64,000 nt of DNA from Octopus vulgaris (GCA_951406725.2 OX597815.1:84444001-84508000); one strand, 5' to 3'; shown: positions 26,867 to 40,660, counted from the stretch's first letter. Numbers and translations: made by a program. The notes: generated by a model not told the origin, from the sequence alone.

Positions 26867-27746
26867 TAGAGTGTTTCAAAAAATTTGATATTATTTTGCA
26901 ATCTGATAACTTTGCCAGTTCTAGTTCAAATGACTTCAAATTTTAACAGCATATGTAGAAACAGGTCAAACTTTTATGTTTAATGTTTGATGTGTTTATC
27001 TTTTCAGGTATAGAAATGGCATTTAGTGGAAGAGAAAAGGCGTTTAGTGTGTTAGAGTATGCTCGAACACAGTCGAACAAGACTGCAGTGTGCATTTGTG
27101 AGAGTTCCCTAAAAAGATGCCAACGGCAATGCAGATTTGGACATGGCATAAAACAATTCAAAGAGGAAGGCTGTCTGTGCAGGGCAAAAGGATCTGGTCG
27201 ACCACTAACATCGGAAGAGACGGTCGCGCAGGTTCGCCAAAAACTCTTGCGAAGCCTCTAAAAGTCCATGAGAAAAACAAGTCTGAGAACCTAGATTCCT
27301 CCAACGACAGTTTGGCGCGTCCTGAGAAAACGGTTGCTAATGAAACCCTACAAGCTGCAGCTTGTTTAGGTCATAACAGCAGATGACAAGCGAAAGCGCA
27401 AACACGGGGCTATGTGAAGGGCCTGGTCTTTGTCACCACTCTTCCTGCAAACCTAGAGGAACTCGAGCAGAGAATCACTACCGCATTGAAGACTGTTACC
27501 CAAGACATACTGCGGCGTGTTTGGGAGGAGGTGGACTACTGACATGACGTGTGATATGTCTCAGGCATATCGAGCATTTGTGAAATCGTTCATGGAATTC
27601 ACATACCTTTGAATTTCTCATTCATATTTGGAGGAATAAATCTTATGTTGCTCAACATTAAGCCTATTTAGTTTAATTTGCTTTGACTCAGTAAATTTCT
27701 GTGATATTTACATCTCAAATGATATCAAATATGTTGAAACAGCCTA
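26867..27746 (+). mobile_element. Tc1/mariner-superfamily transposon with DUF4817-type N-terminus, internally deleted
   Basis: Imperfect TIRs tagagtgtttcaaaaaatttgatat / atatcaaatatgttgaaacagccta with TA on both sides. Transposase remnant 27016-27583: MAFSGREKAFSVLEYARTQS..GSGRP..TVWRVLRKRLLMKPYKLQL joined to GYVKGLVFV..LEELEQRI..HIEHL*. The catalytic centre is deleted. Confidence 0.9.
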
Positions 27747-27830
27747 TATTTATGTCTTATATCTTTGTCGACAGCAAAAGGAAAAAATATGACGATGTTC
27801 CTGTTTTTAGCGATAGAGAGTTAATATATT

Positions 27831-27869
27831 TCTCTGACGAAAGGACAAGAAGACAAGAAACCAGTCAGA
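27831..27869 (+). ncRNA. Degenerate minimal hammerhead motif
   Basis: TCT CTGACGA aaggac... GAAAC CA GTC AGA: core and helix I present, helix II cannot pair. Confidence 0.4.
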
Positions 27870-27949
27870 TGTAGTGTAACAAACTTGTTTACTTTTCTCA
27901 GCGAAGTTATAATATATATTAATTTAAAATATATAAATAAAACAACCTT

Positions 27950-27986
<37 letters not shown>

Positions 27987-28964
27987 TGTTACGAGGGAGG
28001 GAGACACTGTATACCTGCTTCTTAGCTTGTTTAACATAATTCAGTGGAGACGCACTCCGAATTTTAACCACGTTTTTCGAAACGTAGGATGTCTGGCTCT
28101 AGATTGTTTACATTCTCATTAATTCCACTCACAGTTAAAGACTTCCACCATTTCAAATTTATCATTCTCATTCATACTACGTTATACATACATACACACA
28201 CACACCTGCACACACACTCGCGCACACACACACATTATATTAACATATGTATATATGTATGTGTGCATAGATATGTATATGTAGGTATATCTAAATGTAT
28301 GTATGTATATACGTATATGTACATGTATACATACACGCACACTTATACTGAATTTTAATTTCATGTATTTTTAACTTTGCATAACAACTTAACTGGTGCT
28401 TATTGCTGTTTTCTTTTATCGTCAATGTGGACGTATGTTTTCATTGCGTTATGAAATTTGTATGTATATCATCTATATTTGTTTTGCATGTTGGACTGTT
28501 TTTTTTTGTTTGTTTGTTTTTTTGTATTGTTTTGTCACTTTATTTCCTTCCTGAATTATAATTACAGAATTCCTCTAGATAATTTGACTGCGGCGGAAAA
28601 GTGTATTGTATGTTAAATTATTCTCATTGTTTTACATTATCAACATTAGCTAAGAATTAGCTTTAATTGTACTTCATGCTGCAGCCATTTTGACGATATA
28701 TGGCGACATATAGTTAACATACAGACGGGTTTCTTACTGATGCACAATATGTTGTTGATAACGTTGCCTATATTTATATACTGTGCTTTATAATCATCAT
28801 CATATAGGCACAGTATAGGAACAGATGTGGCTGTGTGGTAAGAAGACTGCTTCCAAGGCGTGGTTCTGGGTTCAGTTCAGATATTTTACAACAATATAAG
28901 GTAGTGTGACTTGGATGAAATCTTCCCTTTAAGAGGTTAATATATCCTCGCAGTGACTCTATAT

Positions 28965-29014
28965 ATCCCGATGGAGGGATATTATTAATAAATATCCTAG
29001 AAACAGCCGTAAGA
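28965..29014 (+). ncRNA. Variant hammerhead-like motif in a pLTR-like cassette
   Basis: CCGATGG ag GGATATT attaata AATATCC ta GAAA CAGCCG TA aga: 7-bp helix II and near-palindromic helix III. Confidence 0.35.
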
Positions 29015-29217
29015 CCATCTATCTATAAATGCTCTAATATTTATATACCCTTGTTTTTTTAAGTTATTATGCAAAAAATTGTTATATACACACGCTGACA
29101 TAGAACCAAGTTTGAACCCTTTATTCGCAATATTACTGAATCTGAAACTTAACTATGGTCTGACTATAGCACTTATTCAGCATTACCAGACATCTTTGGG
29201 TCTCAATGACACCATTA

Positions 29218-29248
<31 letters not shown>

Positions 29249-29249
29249 A

Positions 29250-30390
29250 AATAATATGTTACATTACTCAAGCGACAAATTATCTAATCATATTTGGTCT
29301 TTAAAAGATAAAGGTGTCGATTATAACATACATTGGAAGTTTTTGGCCAAATGTAAGCCCTATACCAACGGCAGCGGAAGGTGCGGTCTATGCGACATGG
29401 AGAGATGGCTTATCTGGAAAAGCAGCTTAGACCCTACTACATGTCTAAACTCAAGGACAGAACTGTTCGGATCATGCCCATATTTGACTAAATTTTTGTT
29501 ACGTTTTTGGTACCCTAAAGAAAACAGATAGAACATGCTTTCTGTGTTATGTCCCAAAAAGTTTTTTATCTCATTATACCTTTTATTATTTCATATATTT
29601 TTATATTTTCACACATAATAATTTTTTCTGTACTTTTCTATCCTGCATTTTTTCCTGTGCCTATATAGATGTGTATATAGATTCATTTGTACACGTGTGT
29701 GAATATGTATGAGTGGGCAGTTTTAGATGTGTGCGTGTGTGCGGGCATAAGAATGCACACATATATATAGACGTTTTTACTTAGTATTTTTCAAAATTTT
29801 TTTTGGGGGGGGACATATGTATATTCAATTTTTGTATATGCGTGTGTAGGTATGCGTATATAAATATGTGCGGGTATGTACATATATGGGTGTGTGTGTG
29901 TATGAGTGCATAGGGGCTTATTCGTATATGTACGGGGTTTTTTATGCTTTGTATACTGCCTTATGTGTTTTTTTTTCTGTTATCTTTAACCATGGTTTTT
30001 CTTGTGTTTGTGCGTATATAGACATATGTATGAACTTTTACGGTACGCATGTGTGTGTGTATGAGGTTGTATATATATGCGTATATATTTGGCGAAAAAT
30101 GCGAGTGAAGATGTGTACGTTTTCATAGTGACGTATAAGTACGCACGTGGGTTCGCGAGCAGAATTATAATACAGTAATTTCCCTTTATATAACGGTATT
30201 TTTTCATAGCGTTTTTCAGATGGCCAGATAACCGAAGAGATGGTGTTGTGGATTTCCACTTCGGCATCTGAAACTCAGAGTTTTATCTTGACTATTGAGT
30301 AATGTAACATATTATTTTATAGATAAATTTCCTCTATTTACATAATATTGAGGTCTCTTTCTTTCTTTTGTTATCTTACCGTTTTTACCA
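29250..30390 (+). mobile_element. Penelope-like element 3' end: GIY-YIG C-terminus, 3' UTR and HHR-like motif, bounded by (TA)n
   Basis: LSNHIWSLKDKGVDYNIHWKFLAKCKPYTNGSGRCGLCDMERWLI..LNSRTELFGSC. At 30226-30288: AGATAA CCGAAGA GATG..CATC tGAAACTCAGAGTT TTATCT. Confidence 0.8.
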
Positions 30391-30542
<152 letters not shown>

Positions 30543-31138
30543 GTATGTATATATGTATATAGTGAGTATTGTACAAGACAGAGATTCCTTGAATGTGGAT
30601 TAAAATGTGATTGATTACATTTACTGCTAGATATGTATTTTTGCTTTCTATTTTTTTCTTCATAAGCCTGAATCCAAACAAAGGCTGAACATTCAACAAT
30701 GAAACGATGTGTTTACTTTCATAGGAAGCGTTGTTTTGAAAATTACATCGAAAAGAAAGTACTGAACTGTGCCATGCAAAACACTGGACTACATATTGAA
30801 TGTAGGGTATGCTGATTAACATACATCATAAATTCTTATTTCTTTCAAATTCCTTTTGTGGAAAGAAATGACACAACCTACAGATAATTGTTAGAATCCT
30901 GAATGAGTTAAGTAGATAATTTCAAAAAATTATGAATGTTTCGGTTGAAGTAACATGCTTGGAAATATAGGAATGCCATATTCTATCGTCGATACCACAA
31001 ACTTCGGCGACGATGGGCAACTTAGAGTGGTTTCCAGCCTCGGTTTGACCTCATCAGAACAACGGTAATTCTCGTCTCAGGACGCATATGGACCGTTTAA
31101 CAAATATACACTTTCCTACATTGTTGACCACATATATG

Positions 31139-31226
<88 letters not shown>

Positions 31227-31834
31227 TGTATGTATGTATGTATGTATGTATGTATATATGTATGTATGTATGTATATATATATATAGGTATGTATATATA
31301 TATATATGTGTGTGTATATATATATATATATATGTATGTATGTAGGTATGTATGTGTGGGTGTACATACATACACACATATACATACATATGTATGTATT
31401 TATATATGTATATATGTATGTACATATTTATCTATAGATCCTCTCTTCTGTTAATATCCTTAATTCATGCGTTAAAAGGTGACATCAAAGGGAGTTAATG
31501 GAAACATTTAACGCCTTATAGTAAAGAATATATCGATTATTCTTTCCGTATTTCGAAAATGTTAGTATACTTAGTCTTCTATGGGGCCAAGAGAACATGT
31601 TATCACCCACCAAAATATCAGCATTAAATCTTAATAGATTCTATTATATAGTTGCAGCAATGTTCTCGCCTTTTGTGGTGATTTACACATCTTATAGTAT
31701 TTCACGTATATTCTACTGGTGTTTCCACCAATGCACCACAAATTAACGCTTCACCTTTTATCACCGACAAGTTATGAAAACTTTGTGAATCGTAAGAACT
31801 TGAATTACACCAGAAAGAGTACTGCATACAACTA

Positions 31835-31990
<156 letters not shown>

Positions 31991-32078
31991 CTCACATGCA
32001 TAAGTATAATATGTAATATATATAAATATATATATGCATGGATATATATGTCTATATGTATATATATATATATGTATA

Positions 32079-32161
<83 letters not shown>

Positions 32162-32195
32162 ATATGTATATGGATATATATATATATATATAGCC

Positions 32196-32267
<72 letters not shown>

Positions 32268-32854
32268 GATTCTTGTAATTGTGGTGATACTACTTTCAGT
32301 CCGTGTAACGTTCTACATGGGGGGTCTGGTTGCTATTTCTAGTGAAGGCACCATTTTGAAATTCTCACGGTCTGATACGGTGGTGATGTTTGACGGTAGT
32401 TTGGTAATGGTTGGGACATACTCTGTTTATATTAAACGTATTGGTACTTGCTCTTGTAGTGATATATCCGTAAACTTGCAGGGTCATCAAAGTAGCATTG
32501 AACACTTGGGTTTTGTATTTTACAGGAAGGAACTATTGCCTACCAAATGCTGAGTTTAACAAAGTTCAGTACGGAATCCCGGTGAATCTTTTGTTCAATT
32601 TTTCGGTTCTGTCGCTGTTGTTGTTCTAGGAGCTATTTTATTGCTGTTGATGATTTAATTGGAGATGATAATGATCGTCATTATCATCATCATCACCATC
32701 ACCAGCAGAAGCAGCGCCGGTAGTGTGATGATGATGATGTTTCATACCTTGGTAATCCGACCTCAGCAGAACTTGAACTCAGAACTTTTTGCTGAGGTCG
32801 ACTTTGCCTCACAACAACAACAACGACGTCGACAACAACAACAACAACAACAAC

Positions 32855-32892
<38 letters not shown>

Positions 32893-32984
32893 CAATAATA
32901 ATAATTTATTCTTTATTCTACATTGTTTATTGAATAAATTATTATTACTGTTATTATCATAATTAATTAATTAAGAAGAAAGAA

Positions 32985-33665
32985 TAAGCAATTGGAAAAT
33001 AAAATCACTGCATGGGCAATACCTCAGAGAAATTGAGGGAAAAGACAAGACCTGGAGATGGCTAAGAAAAAGTGATCTGAAAGGATGCATTGAGGCATTG
33101 ATATGCATCGCCCAGGAAGCTCTGTGAATTAAGTACAGCAAGTTCTAAGTAGATAAGAGCAATGAATCGCTGCTTTGTAGGATGTGTGGCAGCAGAAACG
33201 AAACAATCTCGCATATTTTGTGCAGCATGTTGGTCCAAAAGCACTACAAAAGGAGGCAGAAAAACGTGGCTAAGTTGGTCCACTGTGGCTATATGAAAAG
33301 TACGGCCTATACAGAGCACAGAAATGGTACAAATGTCAACCAGAAGGAGTTATCGAGAACAAGGAATAAGTTGCAATGGACAAGAAAAGATTGAAAAGTA
33401 CAGACTACTAAGAGACGAAATTGCAAGAATGTAGTCTACTAGGTACTAACAACCAAGTTCGATAAATATGTCTGAAAAACCAGAATTGACATGAGAGAAA
33501 ATCAAGCATTAAAAAATGCTCTACTGGGAACTGCTAGGATTTTGAGATTGGTACGTGGATGCTGAATGTCTTCCCATGATAATTAACCGCATTAAGCTTG
33601 TAATGTGCAAAAAGAGACCCTGTGAGACCTCTGACAATAGGTTGCTATCCGCTCTCACAAAATCA
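32985..33665 (+). mobile_element. R4/Dong-like 3' fragment between (AAT)n and (ACT)/(AAT)n
   Basis: LHGQYLREIEGKDKTWRWLRKSDLK..CRMCGSRNETISHI..KHYKRRQKNVAKLVH..KWYKCQPEGVIEN..ALLGTARILRLV. Confidence 0.85.
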
Positions 33666-33689
33666 AGCAAAAACAATACTACTACTACA

Positions 33690-33754
<65 letters not shown>

Positions 33755-33812
33755 CACTACTACTACTAATACTAATACTAATAATAATAATGGCTTAACT
33801 CCGTAAGTCATT

Positions 33813-34260
33813 AAGGCGCCGAGCTGGTAGAATCATTAGCACGCCGGGCAAAATATTTAGCGGTATTTCGTCAGTCTTCAGATTCTGAGATCAAATTCCA
33901 CTGAGGTCGTCTTTACCTTTCATCCTCTCGGAGTCGATAAATTAAGAAGCAGTCAAGTACGAAGGTCGATGTGATTGCGTATCTCCCTCCCCAAAATTTT
34001 AGGTTTTGTGCCTATAGTAGAAATGATTATTATTATTACAATTAAGGTGCCGAGCCGACAGAATCGTTAGCACGCAAGGCAAAATGCTTAGCGGCATTTT
34101 GTCCGTCTTCAAGTTGTGACTTAGAATCCCTCCAGATCGTCTCTGCCTCTCATCCTATCGGGATCCATAAAGTAAATAGCAGTTGAGAGCTAAGACCGAT
34201 TTTTATCGACTTGCTTCTTTCCCCGAAATTACTAGCCGTGTGCTAAAAACTTGAAACCAT
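33813..34260 (+). mobile_element. Two SINE family A copies with (ATT)n-like tails
   Basis: Heads aaggcgccgagctggtagaatc and aaggtgccgagccgacagaatcg, followed by the family core. Confidence 0.85.
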
Positions 34261-34392
34261 TGTTATTATCGTTGGCGTTGTAGTGGTTGCGGTAGTGGTG
34301 GTGGTGATTGTGGTGGTGATGACGGCGGAGGAAGAGGAGGAGGAGGAATATCAGAAGATTGTACTCTTTTAATTTTTTCCTGCTCCTCCTAC

Positions 34393-34489
34393 CTCTTCTT
34401 CTTCTTCTTCTTCTTCTTCTTCTTCTTCTTCTTCTTCTTCTTCTTCTTCTTCTTCTTCTTCTTCTTCTTCTTCTTCTTCTTCGTCTTCC

Positions 34490-34543
<54 letters not shown>

Positions 34544-34581
34544 CATTATTATTATTATTATCATTATTATTATTATTATTA

Positions 34582-34645
<64 letters not shown>
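34393..34645. repeat. (CTT)n plus (ATT)n microsatellite
   Basis: Directly visible. Confidence 0.97.
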
Positions 34646-35181
34646 GAGGGATGACTGATATGTCCACTAAATGGGAATTAGGCTAATTTTCGAGGATGCG
34701 AGTAACAAGGATACAGGCTATAACAGCTGACTGCCACGGAAAAAGAAAGGAGAACAAGAAGAAAAGGAGAAAATACGCTATTCTCACACCACACTTTCCT
34801 TTTGAAGTTAAAATATATCTTCAAGGAGAAGAAGAGTGGGGGAACGATAGTGTGAGAGAGGATGGGAAATTGGCGCGTTGCTATGCTGGGGAATTAGTAG
34901 ATGTTTGCGGGTCGTTGTAAAAGGAACGTCCAATTATGACAAAACATCGTTCGATGAGGTCACGTACCTATTAACCTATATAGGTTAGCATTTCACTCTT
35001 CCATGCATGTTTACACATGCTTCACATACAGACACACACATATGTGTGTGTGAAAATATATATGCGTGTGGGTGTGAGTGTGTGATTGTATATATACATG
35101 TGTATATACATACATATACATACATACATACATACATACATACATACATACATGCATACATACATACATATACATATATAT

Positions 35182-35235
<54 letters not shown>

Positions 35236-36520
35236 GCATTAATACTCGTCAGTGGCTCACTTTTGCCTTTCAGTTGAAAATTTGCTAACAAGCCACTTAT
35301 TCATAATTTACACCGTCACCATTTATGAAATCAGCATGTGGTTTCTATGGTAATCTGACAATAATAATAATAATAATAGTATTCTGCTCAATACCACCGA
35401 TTTGCTACTGATAAAATTTGACCATGGCCCTTAGTTGCTGACAATATGTGCATGTCTGACCACGAGTAGATGTAGTGGGGGAGCATCATAGCCGTGTGTT
35501 GAAAGGAATTCTTAGAGGTTTGGATAATTCACCTATTGAAACATGGGTGGTTCGTTCAACGTATCTAAATTATCATTAACAAATAAAAAATAATTAGAAA
35601 TTCATATTTATCAATCAATACTTATATAGGTTACATTATTATTTCTTAAATAAATTGTATACTTATCTCTCCAAAGATATATTATGAACTAAAAAATTCA
35701 AAACGAAAAACGTATTACTTAGCGTTTAAATTTACTCGTGAAGACGTGGCCGAAAGAAATAGAACAAATAGATGGAAATATACATTTTATCAATGAAAAC
35801 TACAAATATACTTTAGCTTTAACAAAAAGAGAATAAAATCACCAAGAGAGAATAAAATCACTAAGCTGTAAGATATTCACTACAAACCTAAAAATTCTAA
35901 ATTTACTACGAAAAAACGTAAAACACAAATATACTCAAATTTACTACATACTTAAATTAATTTATATAACTACAATTTATTCTATATTCTCTATTACCTT
36001 TATACAAATTTACTTGTTTCATTCACATAAATATGGTTACGCTGGATCCCCGCCTATATTCGAACAAATCAACTCCTGGACGCATTCTATATAAACACAG
36101 TACTTATTCAATCGGTCTCAATTTTCAAACCACTAATTTAATATACTTAAGTTAATCTGAAAACTATAATGTAATTAATATTCATTAATAAATTATATTT
36201 ATTAATGAAATAAACATCTAAAATAAATCTAATTTAATACAAACTCATGTTGACTAATATACAAAGTACCACCACAAACCATTGACTACAATATCTCTTA
36301 TACTAAAAATATATTATACATCAAATAAATACTCAAAATAAATCCGCACTAATAAATGTAATTATTCTTTTTTCGCAAATAATTTTATAAACGATTTTAC
36401 TTTTAAGTTTCACGTTTAGTTAATGGAGTTTCTTCTATAAGAACAATCATGATTTTATTTCTTTAAGAAATAGTTTAATTCTATTTGATTATTTATTTAA
36501 CTCTTATTGTTATTATTGTT

Positions 36521-36622
36521 GACCTGAGGAATGACTATACTTTTAAATTGAATTGTTTTTCGATTAAATTTAAATTTAATTGTAATTCGAATTTCAATTA
36601 TAACCACGAAACGTACGTAGTC
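36521..36622 (+). ncRNA. Minimal type I hammerhead with long AT-rich helix II
   Basis: GAC CTGAGGA [77-nt imperfect hairpin] GAAA C GTAC G TA GTC: intact core, 3-bp helix I, one C-G pair in helix III with a palindromic GTAC loop. The helix II closing pair is an A-C mismatch. Confidence 0.55.
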
Positions 36623-36778
36623 TCTTTACTTATTATATATTGTCTATTCATTTTTGTACTTTTTGTGATCTAGTTATTTGTTTTAAAATATATTTTATTT
36701 TTTATTTATGATTTGGTTTATGTTTATCATTGTTTGAATTGCATAATAGTGGTTTTTCTCTCATTTATATATATATGT

Positions 36779-37455
36779 ATAGGTCGACAACTAAGTTCCC
36801 ACCGTTTTTTAAAGTTCGAAAATTTTAAAAGGTTTAATAAAAAATAGTAACAACTAAGTAATCAATAATGTATTCACCCTTGTTGCTTACAACTTCCCAA
36901 CGTTCAACAAGATTTTCAATACCACGTTGTTTGGAATCACCTGATTTGCACTTGAAAAATTGATCCAACGAAGCTCTCAATTCTGCATCAGTATTGAACG
37001 AAACTCCGCGCATAGCATTTGAAAGAGATCGAAAGAGGAGGAAATCCGTCATTGCCAAATCAGGAGAGTACAGAGATGTGGCAGCACTTCCCAGCCATGC
37101 ATTTGAATGGCTTGCTTGATCATATTGGCGATATGAGGGCGGGTGTTGTCGTGAAGCAGAAGGACTCCATATTGACGATTAGGTCTTTTCTCTTGAAGAG
37201 CCGTGTTGAGTCGTTTCATCTGTTGAACATAGAGTTCCACGTTGACCGTTTGGTTCCGTTCAAGCAATCCCACCATACGCACAACATCGTTTTACGCGGA
37301 TGAAGATCTTGTTTTACGCGCAGCATCGGTTGTTTACCGGGGCTAAGCTATTCTTTACGCTGATTCATATTGATGTAAAGGCACCATTTTTCGTCGCCAG
37401 TAACGATTCGGTAAAGAAATCGTTGCTTGTGTCCATGAGTTTAGCGGTGACGAGC
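36779..37455 (-). mobile_element. mariner (DD34D) transposon, 5'-truncated
   Basis: VTGDEKWCLY..LHPRKTMLCVWW..LLHDNTRPH..GWEVLPH..TDFLLFRSLSN..GIENLVERW..KGEYIID. TIR-like end ggtcgacaactaagttccc. Confidence 0.92.
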
Positions 37456-37529
37456 AAGGATATATATATGCGTGTATATATATGTATATATGCATACATT
37501 TATATATTATTTATATTATATATTTTTTC

Positions 37530-37710
37530 GCCCTTTTCAAGCGTAGCCAGGCACATTGGCCCAGTTTCCCGGTTTCTGTGGCGTATGTGTTCCCCCCAGC
37601 TGGACGAGACGTCAGAACATCGCAGCGTTACTCAAGAAATAGAAAGTGAGAGTGAGAGAAAGTTGCGGCGAAAGAGTACAACGCCCGGTCTGGGAATGGA
37701 AACCGCGATC

Positions 37711-37713
<3 letters not shown>
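37530..37713 (-). mobile_element. SINE family D; related copy at 62610-62845 (+)
   Basis: Shared motifs cagaccgggcg, ctgc.a.gg.ccggcgtcccgt.cag and atacgcca..gaaacc.ggaaac. Confidence 0.65.
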
Positions 37714-37752
<39 letters not shown>

Positions 37753-37759
37753 CTGTAGG

Positions 37760-38040
37760 AAAGTAAGCACACCAGCACCGGTTGCTAAGTGGCGGTGAGG
37801 GATCAGGGATGAACACAGACAGGGAGACATACAGGGACACAGGGACACACACACACACACATGCTCACACACACACATATGAAGGACTTTTAATTTCCAT
37901 CTAGCAAATCTACCCACAAGACTTAGGTCGGCCCGTGGCTATAGGAGAAGACACTTGCCCAAGATGCCATGCAGTGGGACTGAACCATAAACTTTGTGGT
38001 TGGGAAGCAAGCGTCTTATCACAGAGCTACGCCTGAGCAC
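37760..38040 (-). mobile_element. SINE family B
   Basis: Minus-strand head caggcgtagctctgtgataagacgcttgcttcccaacc..ggttcagtcccactgc. Confidence 0.75.
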
Positions 38041-38041
38041 A

Positions 38042-38159
<118 letters not shown>

Positions 38160-38371
38160 TATATATCTTTTACTTTTTACTTGTTCCAGTCACTGGGTTA
38201 TGGCCGAATCGCTATGTTTCGGTGCCTCATAACTTAACGTAAATAAAATTTAATAGAGCGATTCTCTTTTCAGACGAAAGAAAAATGATCCACTTTTGAA
38301 AAGAATGATAACGTTTACTGAGAAATGGATTGTATATACATATATATGCATATGTATACATACCCCCCCCC

Positions 38372-38426
<55 letters not shown>

Positions 38427-38428
38427 CA

Positions 38429-38941
38429 CTAGCAGTATCGCCCGGCGTTGCTCGGGTTTGTAAGGGAAATAACTATATAAGCATTTTTAGAGAGTTACTT
38501 CCCTTATAGATGCCAATTCGGGCTTTCTTAGCCATTTCTGTTTTGGTGTTTTCAAGCCATGAAGTCGTTGTTCTAAAAGAACGCTGGTCTCCTTGACAAC
38601 GCTTTACGACGTTGATTTCCTTACACTCCCTTCCCCACAGCTTCACGAGGGAGGGAAGAAGGGGGAGAAGCAAACAGGTGCAGGTGTGACCATGGACGCC
38701 AACTCCGCCGCCATCGACACACGAAAAATTATGCATTAAAATGGAATAAAAAATGATGTTAAATTATTTTTAAAATCGTAGACTCATCGTAGACGCGCGC
38801 TAATACTCAGACGGGCTCGATATGAATCCCGACTATAAGATACCCGAATTTGGTTAAACTGCACCGCAAAATGTGGGAGTAGTTAGGAATCTAAATCGAA
38901 GGGGACAGACACTCACACAACTACAGTTTTATATATATAGA
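38429..38941 (-). mobile_element. Non-autonomous Helitron (513 bp)
   Basis: The minus strand begins TC after a host A and ends with hairpin CCCGAGCAACGCCGGG, 8 nt, then CTAG followed by a host T. No TSD; inserted in TA-rich sequence. Confidence 0.85.
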
Positions 38942-38974
38942 TATATGTATGTACTTGCATATATACATGCATGC

Positions 38975-39591
38975 ATAAAATGAAAAAAAGGTGCTGGGGA
39001 AAACGAGATGAACTGCCTTCAATATTTCCAAAGCTGGTCTGTATCCGAAAAAAGCGATACTCTCTATCTGGTGGGATTGGAAGAGCATTGTGTATTACGA
39101 GCTATTCTCACAAAATCCGACTTTATATTCTAATTATTACAGTTCCCAATTAGACCAATTAGACAAAAAAGAAGAAATCGATGCAAAACATCGAGAATTG
39201 GTCAACCGAATGGGTGTCATCTTACATCAGGACAACGCTGAACCGCATATTTCTTTGCAAATCAAGCAGAAATTGGTGCAGCTTGGATGGGATATACTAC
39301 CACACCCATCGGACTCACCTAACCTTGCACCTTTGGATTATCATTTATTATGATCCCTGCAAAATTCTCTTAAATAGTCTTTAAAAGAGTGTAACAATCT
39401 ACTTAGACCAGTTCAGGACCAGGAAAGGTGCTAATTTCTGGGAGGATGAAATCTTGTAGCTGCCTCAAAGGTGGCAAAAGATACTGAAACAAAATGAAAA
39501 ATGTGTGGTTAAGGAAAGGTATGTACAACTGTCTAAATATTGTTACTGGTTTTTACTTAAAAATGCTACGAACTTTATCACCAACCCAATA
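38975..39591 (+). mobile_element. mariner (DD34D) transposon of a different subfamily, 5'-truncated
   Basis: SIWWDWKSIVYYELF..GVILHQDNAEPH..LGWDILPHPSDSPNLAPLDYHL. TIR-like end aactttatcaccaacccaata. Confidence 0.9.
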
Positions 39592-39633
39592 CATATATAT
39601 ATATATATATATATAAGTGTGTGTGTGTGTATG

Positions 39634-39684
<51 letters not shown>

Positions 39685-39789
39685 AAACATATATATCAAC
39701 TCGTGTGTTCCTTTCCACCCTTATACATATATATATATATATACATATATATGTACATATATACATATGTATGCATGTATGAATGTACA

Positions 39790-39829
<40 letters not shown>

Positions 39830-39880
39830 TTCATGCATATGTGTATATATATATGCACATATATACACACATGTAAATAC

Positions 39881-39920
<40 letters not shown>

Positions 39921-40578
39921 ACACATACATACGTACATACATACATAAATACATACATACATACATACATACATACATACATACATACATACATACATAC
40001 ATACATACATACATAAATACATACATACATGCATGCATGCATGCATGCATATATACATACGTAACCGAGCTGGCGTCAATGCAAATATGAATAGTTAATT
40101 ACAAATGTAAAGGACCTCATCAAGCTACAATTTAGAAGTCTTGTAACGAAATTAGTGTAGAGACTAAAAAAAAAAGTGGGGCTGTCTAGAAAGCTGCGAT
40201 TTCAATTCCCTCTTGAATCTTTTCACCTGAGTCATGTCACTAATGCGTTTTGAGAGGTAAGTAATTGTCAAATATCTACCGTTCTTTTTCCCCTTCATGT
40301 CTCACTTCAAAAATATGCGTCTTCGGTGTAAAAGGCCAAATGAAATATTTACGACAGTTGAATTGCTTTTTTAACTTTCTCTTCTTCTCATTGTATCATT
40401 TCCCTTTTTCCTTTTACTTTCATCTCTAAATTCTACTCTGTCATTCTACATATTTGTTTTTTTTTTTCTTTTTACTCTTTTTCTTTCAGTATATCCATAC
40501 TCTCACTTTCTCTTTTTTCAACTTTATTTTCTATATTTCCAAGCAGCCTTATAACACACAGACACACAGGTACACACA

Positions 40579-40629
<51 letters not shown>

Positions 40630-40660
40630 ACAATAAGTTCTTACATTTATATATATATAC

